This document shows, one piece after another, positions 27,734 through 38,394 of a DNA stretch of 64,000 nucleotides. The notes beneath the pieces are model-generated. The model saw only the letters and a list, made by a program, of their open reading frames with translations, made no database searches and was not told the origin of the DNA. The stretch covers positions 1,972 to 65,971 of the forward strand of contig CAYVXW010000005.1 in NCBI GenBank assembly GCA_964455585.1, read 5' to 3'. Source of the DNA: an uncultured Christensenella sp. Its GTDB lineage: Bacteria; Bacillota; Clostridia; Christensenellales; UBA1242. Position numbers and translations under genes: made by a program. Within the stretch, counting starts at the first letter, position 1; each line of letters opens with the position of its first letter.

Positions 27734-28900
27734 ATGCCACAATTTGATAGTAAAACCTTTAATGGTGAAGTGTTTGGTAGATATGTTGAAAGAATACCTA
27801 GCACTAAAAGAAACGAATTGATTAAGTCTGGTGCTTTGGAACTAGACGACAAACTTAAAGCCCTTTTTGCTCCACAAACTGGTGCATTTAAGGGAACTTT
27901 GCCTTTCTTTGGGAAAATTGGCAAAAGCACACAAAATTACGATGGTCAAACTGACATCGAAGCAAACACAAGTGAAACTTATTCACAAACTTACATTGTT
28001 GTAGGTCGTGCAGATGCATGGACAGAAAAAGACTTCTCTACCGATATTACTGGTGGTGTTAAGTTTATGGACAATGTTGCAGCTCAATTGAGTGAATATT
28101 GGGATGATGTTGATACTGAAACACTTGTAAGCACATTGAAAGGTGTATTTGGAATTAAAGGTTCTGACTTTGTTTCTAAACACACACATGATATCACTGG
28201 CAAAACTGGTGCAGATGCTTTGTTTGGCGCAACAACTCTTAATACTGCACTTCAAAAAGCAGTTGGGGATAATAAGGCAACATTTAGACTTGCAATCATG
28301 CATTCTTTGGTTTCTACAAACCTTGAAAATATGAACTTGCTTGAAAGATTGAAATATACCGACAAAGATGGTATTCAAAGAGATCTTACACTTGCAACCC
28401 TTAATGGAAGACTTGTTCTTGTTGATGATGGTGTTCCAACAAAAGATGTAATAACCTATGGGAAAACAGCAGACACAGATGTTGTTTCCGGAAAAACATA
28501 TTACACATATTCAAGTGGAACATATACAGCAGTATCAAACCCATCTAAAGAGAGTATTGCAAATTATTATGAAATCACTGATGAATATACTGCATACACA
28601 ACTTATGTATTCGGTAATGGTGCTATTAAATATTGTAATGTTGGTGTTACACACCCTTACGAAATGGCAAGAAGTGCTTTGAAAAATGGTGGTGAAGACA
28701 CTCTTGTTGGTAGACAAAGAAAAATCTTTGCACCTAAAGGAATTTCGTTCATTGGTAATATTGCATCGCAATCTCCAACAAATGAAGAACTTGAAAAGGC
28801 TGAAAACTGGGATGTCGTAAACAACGGGAAAACTGGCAGTGCCAAAAAATATATCGACCACAAGGCAATTGCTATCGCAAGAATTATTACTAGAGGTTAA
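27734..28900 (+). CDS. Major capsid protein
   Basis: 388 aa following the scaffold gene. Call is by position, size and composition. Confidence 0.65.
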   Translation: MPQFDSKTFNGEVFGRYVERIPSTKRNELIKSGALELDDKLKALFAPQTGAFKGTLPFFGKIGKSTQNYDGQTDIEANTSETYSQTYIVVGRADAWTEKDFSTDITGGVKFMDNVAAQLSEYWDDVDTETLVSTLKGVFGIKGSDFVSKHTHDITGKTGADALFGATTLNTALQKAVGDNKATFRLAIMHSLVSTNLENMNLLERLKYTDKDGIQRDLTLATLNGRLVLVDDGVPTKDVITYGKTADTDVVSGKTYYTYSSGTYTAVSNPSKESIANYYEITDEYTAYTTYVFGNGAIKYCNVGVTHPYEMARSALKNGGEDTLVGRQRKIFAPKGISFIGNIASQSPTNEELEKAENWDVVNNGKTGSAKKYIDHKAIAIARIITRG

Positions 28901-28902
28901 TT

Positions 28903-29220
28903 ATGGATAATAAAGAATTAACACTTACTGACAGATTGAAAATTGAGTTGGGTATTAATTCTGAAGATGCAGAAAAACTATCAATTCTTGATAATTGTGT
29001 GTGGCAAGCAGGCGAATTAATAAAAAACAAACGAAGAACGACCGAAGTTGAACAAAAATATGAAATTATACAATTTCAGATTGCTCTTCGTTTGTGGAAT
29101 ATTCGTGGCATTGAGGGTGAAACAAATCATATGGAGAATGGGATAACCAGACAATACTCCGATGATGTTATTTCCGATTTAATGAAAAGAGTTATTCCGA
29201 AAGTAATTGTGGGAGATTAA
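28903..29220 (+). CDS. Head-tail connector protein
   Basis: Small ORF directly after the capsid gene; positional call. Confidence 0.45.
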   Translation: MDNKELTLTDRLKIELGINSEDAEKLSILDNCVWQAGELIKNKRRTTEVEQKYEIIQFQIALRLWNIRGIEGETNHMENGITRQYSDDVISDLMKRVIPKVIVGD

Positions 29221-29221
29221 A

Positions 29222-29593
29222 ATGGCAAGGTTAATTACAGCAAGGACATCTGAAAACAATAAAAATGCAACATTGCGATATTCCAACCGATTATCCAACA
29301 CTCCAAAATCTACTCCCTATGGAGATCAGTATGAGTATGGAGATATTGAAGAATTGGATGTGTGTTTGGTTCCAATATCCACATCGTATGAAGCCGATGC
29401 TTATGGAGTAAATCTTGTTGGTAGTTTTAAAGTTTCATTAACAATGGAACAAGCAAAACTATTTAACGAATTTACACATATTTGGGTTAAAGGGTTGCCA
29501 AACGACAAGTGTGAAACTGAATTTGTTGTTAAAAGTGTTCCTACAGTCATTAACTATGGTCTAATGGTTATCTCGAAGAAAGTCGGAGAATAA
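29222..29593 (+). CDS. Head-closure/head-tail adaptor protein
   Basis: Positional call. Start moved to ATG 29222. Confidence 0.35.
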   Translation: MARLITARTSENNKNATLRYSNRLSNTPKSTPYGDQYEYGDIEELDVCLVPISTSYEADAYGVNLVGSFKVSLTMEQAKLFNEFTHIWVKGLPNDKCETEFVVKSVPTVINYGLMVISKKVGE

Positions 29594-29596
29594 AAA

Positions 29597-30118
29597 GTGG
29601 CAAAAAAAGTCAGTAATAAAGTTGCCCAAAACCGAATGAAAAAAAGTATTTCGGAACTTGAAAAACTTTCTACAATATTCAAAAACCCAAGTGATCTTAT
29701 GTTGGCTATTGCCGAAGAAGGCAAAGAGTTAGCAAAGGAACAACTTGAGATTTATGGTATTAATAAAAACGGAGAGTTGGGTTCAAGCATTGAAGCAACT
29801 ATTATTGATAAAAATACTGCTCAATTATCTGCCGATGGTGGACATGCTGTGTTTGTTGAATATGGTGCTGGAATTGTTGGCAAAAAACATCCACACGAAT
29901 TAGCAAAAAAGCATGGAGTTGTCTATAATGAGGGACCTCAAATTCAACATTTCAAAAATAAGAACCAAGACTTTTGGACTTATTTTGATGAAGATAAAGG
30001 AACTTTCTTTAGAACACACGGACAACAAAGCAAACCCTTTATGTTAAAGGGAGTAAAGAGACTAACCAATAAGACTTCAAGCATTATAAAATCTAAAATC
30101 AAGGAGCTTTCGAAATGA
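29597..30118 (+). CDS. HK97 gp10-like head-tail joining protein
   Basis: GTG start. GGHAVFVEYGAGI resembles the gp10-family EFGT region. Positional support. Confidence 0.45.
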   Translation: MAKKVSNKVAQNRMKKSISELEKLSTIFKNPSDLMLAIAEEGKELAKEQLEIYGINKNGELGSSIEATIIDKNTAQLSADGGHAVFVEYGAGIVGKKHPHELAKKHGVVYNEGPQIQHFKNKNQDFWTYFDEDKGTFFRTHGQQSKPFMLKGVKRLTNKTSSIIKSKIKELSK

Positions 30119-30555
30119 TTGATGTTTATCCACAAATCTTTGAAGAATTAAATAATCATATTCAAGCATATTTAGGGAGTTCGAATAGGGCAACTTGTTT
30201 AAATAAAAAACAAGTTAAGTTAAGACCTGAATTTGAAGATTCCACATCAACTTTTCCGTATATAACCATTGCAGAAAAGGGAAATGAATATGCCGACAGA
30301 GAACTCGATAATCAAGAAAAACATAGTAGTCTTGTATATGATATAAACATTTACGATAATTCCAAAAATAAAATGGAAATTTGCTCTAAATTGGCAATGG
30401 TGGTCAATGACTATATGAGTGAAAAAATGGGTTTTATGAGAACCTTTCACGAACCATTGCCCAATGCTAGAGATAATACTATCTATAGAATTACTCAACG
30501 ATATGAGGGTTATATAGACAATGAAACTGGTGTAATCACCAAAAATATTTTATAA
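30115..30555 (+). CDS. Tail completion/terminator protein
   Basis: Positional call. Confidence 0.35.
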   Translation: MIDVYPQIFEELNNHIQAYLGSSNRATCLNKKQVKLRPEFEDSTSTFPYITIAEKGNEYADRELDNQEKHSSLVYDINIYDNSKNKMEICSKLAMVVNDYMSEKMGFMRTFHEPLPNARDNTIYRITQRYEGYIDNETGVITKNIL

Positions 30556-30565
30556 GGAGAAAATT

Positions 30566-31276
30566 ATGGATAATAAAGTCGTTGCACATAGTGATTTGGG
30601 TTGTATGTTGTTTAGTTTCAATAAAGAAACCCAAAAATTCGAATATTTAGTTCCAGTTAGGAGTATTCCTGCAACTGGTGGTTCTCCATCACAAATTGAA
30701 GTGACTGAAATGGATAGTCCTATCAAGCAATTTATTCTTGATAGGCAAGACACTCCAGCATACGAATTTGACTATAACTACACCAAAAATAATTATGCTA
30801 AATGTAAAGAAGTGTTTGATGGTAAAACTGAAAACGAGTTCTTGATTACATATAGTGATAAGTCCGGTGTTAGATTTAGTGGCACAGGAGCAACTTGGAG
30901 AGATTCGGTTAGTGTTGGTGGTGAAATCAAAGGAAAAATTTCGGTTGCTGTAAGTTCAGTTGATGATATTGAAGATTGTTCTTCAATCATTAATGTTAAC
31001 TCTATTCCAACTGGTAAATCACATCCATTTGCAACTTCCACTTATGAGATTGCATTTGATTTGAATGGTGGAACAGGAACATCTGTTGAGAATATGTCTT
31101 GTGTAAAGGGTGCATATATCATAATTCCTAATTGCGATGCTGTTGCAGATAGCGATGAAGACTTTAACTGCTGGAACACACAAGCAGATGGAAAGGGTGA
31201 TAATTTGGCTGTCGGGCAAAAATTCTTTGCTTTGGAAAACACAACCCTATATGCAAAATATGTTGAAAATAAATAA
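30566..31276 (+). CDS. Major tail protein with C-terminal Listeria-Bacteroides repeat domain
   Basis: Sits before the chaperone pair. C-terminus IAFDLNGGTGTS...NCWNTQADGKG...TTLYAKY matches the Flg_new-type repeat. Confidence 0.6.
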   Translation: MDNKVVAHSDLGCMLFSFNKETQKFEYLVPVRSIPATGGSPSQIEVTEMDSPIKQFILDRQDTPAYEFDYNYTKNNYAKCKEVFDGKTENEFLITYSDKSGVRFSGTGATWRDSVSVGGEIKGKISVAVSSVDDIEDCSSIINVNSIPTGKSHPFATSTYEIAFDLNGGTGTSVENMSCVKGAYIIIPNCDAVADSDEDFNCWNTQADGKGDNLAVGQKFFALENTTLYAKYVENK

Positions 31277-31294
31277 TAAAGGAGAATTTTCGTT

Positions 31295-31648
31295 ATGAAA
31301 ATCAAAGTTAAATACGAAGAACAAGATTATTTTTTAGGTTTTACTCGTGCTACTGCCATTGAAATGGGCAAACATGTAAAAAAATCAAAGAATAACGATG
31401 GTTCTATAGATAACACTGAAATTTTAATCAAGTGTTCATTGAAAGCACATCAACCAAAATTGTCTGCAAATGAAGCAGATACTATTACCAAGTTTATAAT
31501 GGATAATTATAATTTGGTTGGAAAACTAGATGATGATGGTAATGTTGTTGAGAAAGGTCTAATTCAACACCTTAATGACAACTTAATGGGTTGTATGCCA
31601 AAGGGTTTTACAGGACAGGCAACGATGCAATTCGAGATAGTAGAGTAA
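31295..31648 (+). CDS. Tail assembly chaperone (G-like)
   Basis: Lies between the major tail and tape measure genes. Overlapped by a -1 frame ORF. Confidence 0.6.
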   Translation: MKIKVKYEEQDYFLGFTRATAIEMGKHVKKSKNNDGSIDNTEILIKCSLKAHQPKLSANEADTITKFIMDNYNLVGKLDDDGNVVEKGLIQHLNDNLMGCMPKGFTGQATMQFEIVE

Positions 31649-32016
31649 AATCTACTGTCTCTAATTCGTTGTCTTTTTGTGATTTTTGCAACAATTTAAT
31701 AAAACAAATTGAAGATTTGTTTCCATATGCCTTGTCTCTCGGTATGACTTATGAACAATATTGGAACGAAGATGTTGAACTGATAAATGTTTATATGAAA
31801 AAAAGAGAATATGATTTTATTCGTAAAAATCAAGAATTTTATTTACAAGGACAATACATATGTTTGGCAGTAATGGAAGCATTAAAATCGAACAAAAATG
31901 ACAAAGTGTATCCAGATAAACCTTTTGAATTATCTTTCAATAAGAAAGAACCACAAAATGAGCAAGAGAGAATTGAGGCAGATATGAAAGCAATGTTCTC
32001 TTCATTTAAAAAATAA
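31295..32016 (+). CDS. Tail assembly chaperone frameshift fusion (GT-like), -1 slip at 31603-31609
   Basis: Slippery heptamer G GGT TTT at 31603-31609. The -1 frame continues as GFYRTGNDAIRD... to 32016. Confidence 0.55.
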
Positions 32017-32034
32017 CGAAGGGGGTTTACAAAA

Positions 32035-34251
32035 TTGGCACTTAATACACAAACACAAGTTACATATCAATTTGTTGCAATAGATAATGCATCTGCAACA
32101 CTAGAAAAAATAGCAAACTCACTTCAAAAAATTGACGACTTGCAAAAATCTACTGAGGCACTACAAATTGGTGTTCAAAAAACAAAACAACTTGCACAAA
32201 ACACCGAAAAGGCAAATAAATCAATTTCTAAATCAATCATAAATATGAAATCTATGAAAAAGGCAATAGATTTTGTGACTGATGCTTTGGCAGAAAGTTC
32301 ATCTTGGACTGAAAATTTACATATGTTTGAAGTTTCGTTTGGTTCGGCAAGTGACGAAGCCTATGATTTTGCAAAAACAATCGTAAATGCTTTTGGAACA
32401 AGTCAAAACGAAATTATCAAATATGCTGGTTACTTTAATCAAATAGCATCTGCTATTGGTCTTGCCGAAGAAACAACCAATAAATTCTCAATGGCTTTAA
32501 CTGCTTTGGGTTATGATATTGCTTCCTTGTATAATTTATCAATCGAACAAGCAATGGAAAAATTACAAGCAGGTGTCGTAGGACAAACAAAACCATTAAG
32601 AACTTTGGGTATGGATATTACTGCTACAACATTAGATACTTACCTAAAAGAAACAATGGGGATATCGAATGTTACTAGTAAAATGTTAACTCAAGCAGAT
32701 AAAATGCTTTTACGAACAGTTGTTATCATGCAACAAGCACAAAGCACATATGGAGATATGGCACAAACCATAAATACTTTTGCAAACCAAGTAAAAGTTA
32801 TGCAAGGAGCAATCTCTAACTTAAAATTGGCAGTGGGAGATCTTGCTAAAACATATTTGGCGCCTTTGGTGACAACAATTGCAGGGTTTATGGTTGCTCT
32901 AACATCTATCATTAGGGCATTTATACCGGAAGAAACCGAAACGGGTATTGAAGGTATTGCTAATGCAATTTCGGATGTTAATGATGAGTTGGAAGATACT
33001 TTAAATAAGACAGGACTATTAGACTTTGATAAATTTAACTCTTTAACAAAAAATGGAACCGATACGACAAGTATTACATCTTTATTGGAAGAAGAATTTT
33101 ATCAAAAATATGAAGAATATATGGCTTCATTCAATGATAGCATGAAAAGTATAGAAAACAATGCAAACAAGGTCGCATTAGCAATCGTTCAGTGGGTATT
33201 TCCTTTATCCGAGTTTAACGAAGAAACTGGTGGTATTGATGTGAATTTGAGTAAAGTAAATTCATTACTAAAAATATTATATGAATCTTTAAAACTTATA
33301 ATTGCTATAGGTATAGCAAAAAAACTCGGTTCCCTAGTGGTCGCAATGCAAACTTGGGCTGTTCAAGCAAAATTAATGTCTATGGAAGCAAAAACTTTAG
33401 GGGCAACTGTCGGTTCATTAAAAATGTCTTTACAGGCATTGTCAAATGTTTTTGCAGTAGTCTTGGTTATGGGTATTATGAAAGTTATTGAAAAGTGGAG
33501 TAGTATGAGTTCCGCGATGAAAGTTGTTTCGGTTACCCTGTTATCTGTTGTTGCCGCCTTATCTCTTTATTCTAGTGGTATGGGTGTTGCAATTCTTCAA
33601 ACCATAAAGTTTACAACAGTTGCAATAGCCAATATGATAAAAACTCTAGGGTCCTCATTGCTTGATGCGATTAAAAAAGTTATTGCATGGATGGGTTCTT
33701 TGAGTGCCGCTACAATCACACTAACCGTTGGGGTAAGTGCATTAGTAGCAGGTTTCGCTGTCTTGGCATTAAATTGGGATAAAATGGGTGCTTGGCAAAA
33801 AGTTATAACAATCTTTGCAGCCATAACAGCAGCCGCAATAGCAGCGGCAGTGGCAATAGGCGTATTTCATACTGCATGGACATTAGGAGTTGGTGCAGCC
33901 GCAATAGCAGCCGGAGTTGTTTTAGTTACTGGTTCCATTCTTGCAGCCAATAGTGCTACAAAATTTGCCGATGGGGGTTATCCAGAAAACGGAACACTTT
34001 ATTGGGCGGGAGAAGATGGTCCGGAAGTCGTTGCTAATGTTGGTGGTGGACAATCTGGAGTAATGAACTTGATTCAATTTGAAGAAGCTTGTTATCGTGG
34101 AACCCTTAAAGCGATCTCTATAAGTGGTCTCGACAAGATTTCTACTCGTAAAGGCAACACCATACTAAATGTTAATGGAAGAGAATTGGCAAGGGCAACA
34201 ATTGAAGATTTTAGATCGGAAGCAAATAGACAAAATATTAAATTTAATTAA
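32035..34251 (+). CDS. Tape measure protein
   Basis: 738 aa, TTG start, helical N-terminus, long hydrophobic A/V/G-rich segment. Follows the chaperones. Confidence 0.8.
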   Translation: MALNTQTQVTYQFVAIDNASATLEKIANSLQKIDDLQKSTEALQIGVQKTKQLAQNTEKANKSISKSIINMKSMKKAIDFVTDALAESSSWTENLHMFEVSFGSASDEAYDFAKTIVNAFGTSQNEIIKYAGYFNQIASAIGLAEETTNKFSMALTALGYDIASLYNLSIEQAMEKLQAGVVGQTKPLRTLGMDITATTLDTYLKETMGISNVTSKMLTQADKMLLRTVVIMQQAQSTYGDMAQTINTFANQVKVMQGAISNLKLAVGDLAKTYLAPLVTTIAGFMVALTSIIRAFIPEETETGIEGIANAISDVNDELEDTLNKTGLLDFDKFNSLTKNGTDTTSITSLLEEEFYQKYEEYMASFNDSMKSIENNANKVALAIVQWVFPLSEFNEETGGIDVNLSKVNSLLKILYESLKLIIAIGIAKKLGSLVVAMQTWAVQAKLMSMEAKTLGATVGSLKMSLQALSNVFAVVLVMGIMKVIEKWSSMSSAMKVVSVTLLSVVAALSLYSSGMGVAILQTIKFTTVAIANMIKTLGSSLLDAIKKVIAWMGSLSAATITLTVGVSALVAGFAVLALNWDKMGAWQKVITIFAAITAAAIAAAVAIGVFHTAWTLGVGAAAIAAGVVLVTGSILAANSATKFADGGYPENGTLYWAGEDGPEVVANVGGGQSGVMNLIQFEEACYRGTLKAISISGLDKISTRKGNTILNVNGRELARATIEDFRSEANRQNIKFN

Positions 34252-34261
34252 GGAGAGTGAC

Positions 34262-35146
34262 ATGGGAGAAAATCAATTAATTGATATATCTATCAATGGC
34301 TATATGTTTAAGGGTTATTCAGACTTTACTTGTATTAACTCGAAAACTTATGTAGTCGAACCAGAGAGAGCAGACAATGGTTCAATGCCGGATATTAACA
34401 ACCATGTCACTTTCTTTGTTCCTAGAGTTCAAATATCTTTCAAGTATATGAAAATAAAAGATTATCAAAGATTTTTGGTTGCAATAGAACCAAATGAATT
34501 TGTGGTAAGTTATTTCGATTATACAAAAGGTGAAGTGGTTTATCACAAAATGTATTGCGAACCACAAGAGCTTGAAAAAATACACACATATCGACTAGAA
34601 GTTTTAGGCATTCTAAACAAAACAATTTCGTTAATCGGAACTCTTAACCCAATAGATACATTTGCTTTGACTTATAATGCAAATGGTGGTCTAGGTGGGG
34701 AAAGTGGTAGAACTTTCACAATGGGAGAATGGTTACATATTAGCACCGGTTCAAATATATCGAAAAATGGATATACACTAAAAGAGTGGAATACCAAACC
34801 CGATGGTAGTGGGTTGTCGATTATTCCTAATAGTTATAAGGTTGCAGAAGAAAGTAATTTGACTTTATATGCTATTTGGCAATCGACATCTGCCTATTCA
34901 ATTTCTTTCGATTACAATGGTATGACAAAAACCGAAACCGAGAAAGATGAAGATTGGATAACATCTAAAAGTGTTGTTTATAATCAATCGGTTGGAACTT
35001 TGCCACACCCAAACGTGGAAGGATACGACTTTTTAGGTTGGTATGTCTATACTGATTACGAACCAAGTAAATATGAAGACAATCAAACATATTCCGTAAA
35101 GGGTTCAATAACACTAAAAGCAAAATGGCAAGAGGTGGCTGAATGA
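34262..35146 (+). CDS. Distal tail protein with two Listeria-Bacteroides repeat domains
   Basis: Start ATG 34262 behind AAGGAG. LTYNANGGLGGES...GYTLKEWNTKPDGSG...LTLYAIW and ISFDYNG...GYDFLGWY...ITLKAKW. Confidence 0.5.
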   Translation: MGENQLIDISINGYMFKGYSDFTCINSKTYVVEPERADNGSMPDINNHVTFFVPRVQISFKYMKIKDYQRFLVAIEPNEFVVSYFDYTKGEVVYHKMYCEPQELEKIHTYRLEVLGILNKTISLIGTLNPIDTFALTYNANGGLGGESGRTFTMGEWLHISTGSNISKNGYTLKEWNTKPDGSGLSIIPNSYKVAEESNLTLYAIWQSTSAYSISFDYNGMTKTETEKDEDWITSKSVVYNQSVGTLPHPNVEGYDFLGWYVYTDYEPSKYEDNQTYSVKGSITLKAKWQEVAE

Positions 35147-36327
35147 GTAAAATGGGGAATATGCCTAGAATAGAAATTAAATATTTGGTTGACATAGAAC
35201 TAGTTGTCAATTTGGCGAATAGCACACTAAATAACTCTATTGGACATTTATCCGACATTACCAATGATTCATATGCCCACAACAATTCTTCTTTCGATAA
35301 AGAAGGCAAAAAGGGGTTTTATTTAAGTGGTGGTTCGGTAGACAACAATGGCGAAGTTAGTGGTTGTATAATGGATGGCACTTATACTCTTTTTGATAGC
35401 AAGGGGTATGCTGGGGCAGTTGGAAATAGTTTTAGCAAAGATGATTACACTTTTGATACTGAACAATCTATAACTTTACAAGTTAAAAATTCAGATACAA
35501 CAATTAAGCATTTAGTTATATATTTCGATCCAGTTGCGAATGAATATGCCACACAATTATCTTTTAGCAGTGATAGTGCTACAACCATTAACAAAAATTC
35601 AAGACTTGTGTATTTTAAAAATTTTGGCGAAGAATCTAATCTAACATCGGTAAAATGCTCTTTCATAAAATGGAGTAAGAAAAATTCATTGGCAAAGGTT
35701 TTGAAAATAAAAACTGGCTTTACTGGAATTTACGATTATAAGACAATTAAAAAATTTGAATTGTCGGATGAAAAAGTGTCAAACGAGAACGAAATATCGT
35801 TTGGTGTAAGTAGTCAATATTGCGACTTAACTATATTGGATGACACGGGAGATGTCACATCGTTGTTCGGTGCAGATTTGCTATTGGAAAATATTACAGC
35901 ATTTTTCTATATAGTAAACACCAAAACTGCAACTGCCGAAGATGGAACAATTCACGAATTTGAGCAAAGAGAAAAAATTGGTGAACTTGTTATTGACAAA
36001 AAGAAGAATGTTGAGGGTTCAATTAGGTGGACTTATAACTTAATAGATAGACTTGAGCAGTTAAGATCGGTTATTTGTCCGGCATTAGATGTTCAAAACC
36101 GAACACTATATCAAATTATCAATCAAATCACAAGTGAGACAGGTATTGCAAACATTGTTTCGTGGTCTACCGAAGCAGAAGAACATTGCAAAAGTATTAA
36201 GATCGAAAGTTCCTTTATAAAACCAAATCAATATATGTTTGATGTTTTGGGCAAATGCTGTGAAGTCGGTTTGCTAAAAATGTTTATTAACCCAGATGGA
36301 CAATTAAGAATTGAAAGGGGGTTGTAG
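35143..36327 (+). CDS. Tail-associated/baseplate protein
   Basis: Positional call, after the Dit-like gene. Confidence 0.4.
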   Translation: MSKMGNMPRIEIKYLVDIELVVNLANSTLNNSIGHLSDITNDSYAHNNSSFDKEGKKGFYLSGGSVDNNGEVSGCIMDGTYTLFDSKGYAGAVGNSFSKDDYTFDTEQSITLQVKNSDTTIKHLVIYFDPVANEYATQLSFSSDSATTINKNSRLVYFKNFGEESNLTSVKCSFIKWSKKNSLAKVLKIKTGFTGIYDYKTIKKFELSDEKVSNENEISFGVSSQYCDLTILDDTGDVTSLFGADLLLENITAFFYIVNTKTATAEDGTIHEFEQREKIGELVIDKKKNVEGSIRWTYNLIDRLEQLRSVICPALDVQNRTLYQIINQITSETGIANIVSWSTEAEEHCKSIKIESSFIKPNQYMFDVLGKCCEVGLLKMFINPDGQLRIERGL

Positions 36328-36330
36328 GAT

Positions 36331-37494
36331 ATGTCGGATATTATTTTAATGCCAAATCAATACAAAAACCTTGAAAGTTTTCTGGGTGAAAGAAACAAGG
36401 TGTCTATGGTTGTTGGAAAAGAATACAAGATTGACACAAGCAATGTTTTTGAAATTTCTGCTGGAGCAAAAAATTTGAGCATTGGCACAAAAACTTATGT
36501 TTATTCTTGGGCGGCTCTTGATGCATCAAACCTATTTGGAACACATTGGAGAGTTAGGGAAGAGTTTTGTGTTGTATCTGGAAGTTATTCATTTGCATAT
36601 ACACCAACAAATGAAAGTTTTGATATAAATAGTGTTGTTGCTAGTTATGAACTAAAATACAATAAATATCATAAAGGTTCTAACCCTGTAAATGGTAATA
36701 ACTGGACAAGTTATAAGTGTGTGTTTAGTTCAATTAAGTCTAGTAGCAACTTGGAGAAGGGTGACTACTCAAATGAAGATTGGGATAGTGATAATGAATG
36801 TTGGAAAACAAGTGGAATGATTGAGCATTCAAGGGGCAAGGTGTCGAATTGGCTTGGACAAGAAAGTTATACAGATTCGTTGTATTATCCATCTCAATAT
36901 GTAAATATAAGATTTTCGCATAGGGTTTACAACTCTTCGACACAATTAACTACTTATTATTTTAATGTAAATTATCGTTTTGTATCTGCTACTGGTTGGA
37001 GTAAACACTATCAAGGTTTCTTTAGTGGCAATGATAATTCATATTATAGGGAAGTTCAAGAAGCAATAATAACAATCAAGGCTTGCAGTGTCACATCGGA
37101 AGAAATAAACAAAAGTGTTGGTATTGGAACACAAAAAATTACTCTTCAAACAAATGAATTAATGCAATCTTCAATGAGCAGTTCGACATCTTTGTTTGAT
37201 ACCACTGCAAATCAAATAATTGATGCATATTCAAACAATAGGTTAATTGTCACATTAAAACTGCTTGAAATTAAGCAATACACAATCAATGGCGAAACTC
37301 GGATGTTGAGAGCTGGAGATAAAGTCAAAATTAAAAACAATAAAGATAAATTTATTAGTGAATATACGAAATTGCAAAACAACGAAACTATCATTGATGG
37401 AAACGAATTTGAAATAATCAAAATTGCAAATTGTTATGAAGGGAAATTTTATAAACAATTGACCTTGAGAGAAGTCTTGAGAGAAGATCAATAA
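36331..37494 (+). CDS. Tail/baseplate protein
   Basis: Positional call. Confidence 0.35.
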   Translation: MSDIILMPNQYKNLESFLGERNKVSMVVGKEYKIDTSNVFEISAGAKNLSIGTKTYVYSWAALDASNLFGTHWRVREEFCVVSGSYSFAYTPTNESFDINSVVASYELKYNKYHKGSNPVNGNNWTSYKCVFSSIKSSSNLEKGDYSNEDWDSDNECWKTSGMIEHSRGKVSNWLGQESYTDSLYYPSQYVNIRFSHRVYNSSTQLTTYYFNVNYRFVSATGWSKHYQGFFSGNDNSYYREVQEAIITIKACSVTSEEINKSVGIGTQKITLQTNELMQSSMSSSTSLFDTTANQIIDAYSNNRLIVTLKLLEIKQYTINGETRMLRAGDKVKIKNNKDKFISEYTKLQNNETIIDGNEFEIIKIANCYEGKFYKQLTLREVLREDQ

Positions 37495-37508
37495 AAGGAG
37501 AAAGTTAT

Positions 37509-38393
37509 ATGAGTGCATGGGAACAAAAACCGGAATATACCGAACTTGAAGAAATATTTTCAGAACAAACAACCAATAAAATCGGTTTAACTGCCGAGCA
37601 ACTTAATATAGTATTACATAATATTAGATACTTAAAGAACCATTTAGGTCTTGCAGATGTCGAAATGGGTGTTATGGAAACTGTGTATACGGAACCGGGC
37701 TCACCATTTGATGTTGTGATAACACACAGGGAAGAAAGTCAAGGTGAAGGTGTAAATAAAGTTGATTATTTCGATTTCAAATTTTACATTGCAGTTGCAA
37801 AGATAGAAACCGAAGCCAATGCGATTATTTCTGAAAACACAAATGAAGTTAAAGCAACTATTGAAAATACAAAGTTGTCAGATATGACAGGTTATAAGTT
37901 TAAGTTTAACTTTACAATTCCGAGAGGTTTGCAAGGAACAAAAGGTGCAGGTTTTAGGAATAAAGGAACTTATAACTCCGAGACAACCTATGTAAATAAC
38001 GATATTTATATAGACTATGTTAATTATAATGGTAGTTTGTATTGCCCAAAAGTCGAAGAAACAATAGGACACGAACCAACTGAAACTGATTACTGGACAT
38101 TAATGGTTGCCAAAGGTGAACACGGAGTGAGTATTGTTGGTATAGAAAAAACCAAAACGGAAGGACTGGTTGACACCTATACCATATCATTTAGTGAAGG
38201 TGAACCATTTGTATTCGCAGTCACTAATGGAGACACTCCAGATGTTTCCGACAAAGAAGACAAGTCAAATAAGGTATCCGAAATATCAACATCCAATAAA
38301 ACAAGTGATGAAAAATATCCGTCTTGTTCGGCAGTTGCTAATTATGTCGATACAAAATTTGGAGAAATGGCAACATTGCTAGGTGAGGTGTAA
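37509..38393 (+). CDS. Tail fibre protein
   Basis: Short collagen-like GLQGTKGAG. Sits in the fibre module. Confidence 0.45.
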   Translation: MSAWEQKPEYTELEEIFSEQTTNKIGLTAEQLNIVLHNIRYLKNHLGLADVEMGVMETVYTEPGSPFDVVITHREESQGEGVNKVDYFDFKFYIAVAKIETEANAIISENTNEVKATIENTKLSDMTGYKFKFNFTIPRGLQGTKGAGFRNKGTYNSETTYVNNDIYIDYVNYNGSLYCPKVEETIGHEPTETDYWTLMVAKGEHGVSIVGIEKTKTEGLVDTYTISFSEGEPFVFAVTNGDTPDVSDKEDKSNKVSEISTSNKTSDEKYPSCSAVANYVDTKFGEMATLLGEV

Positions 38394-38394
38394 T

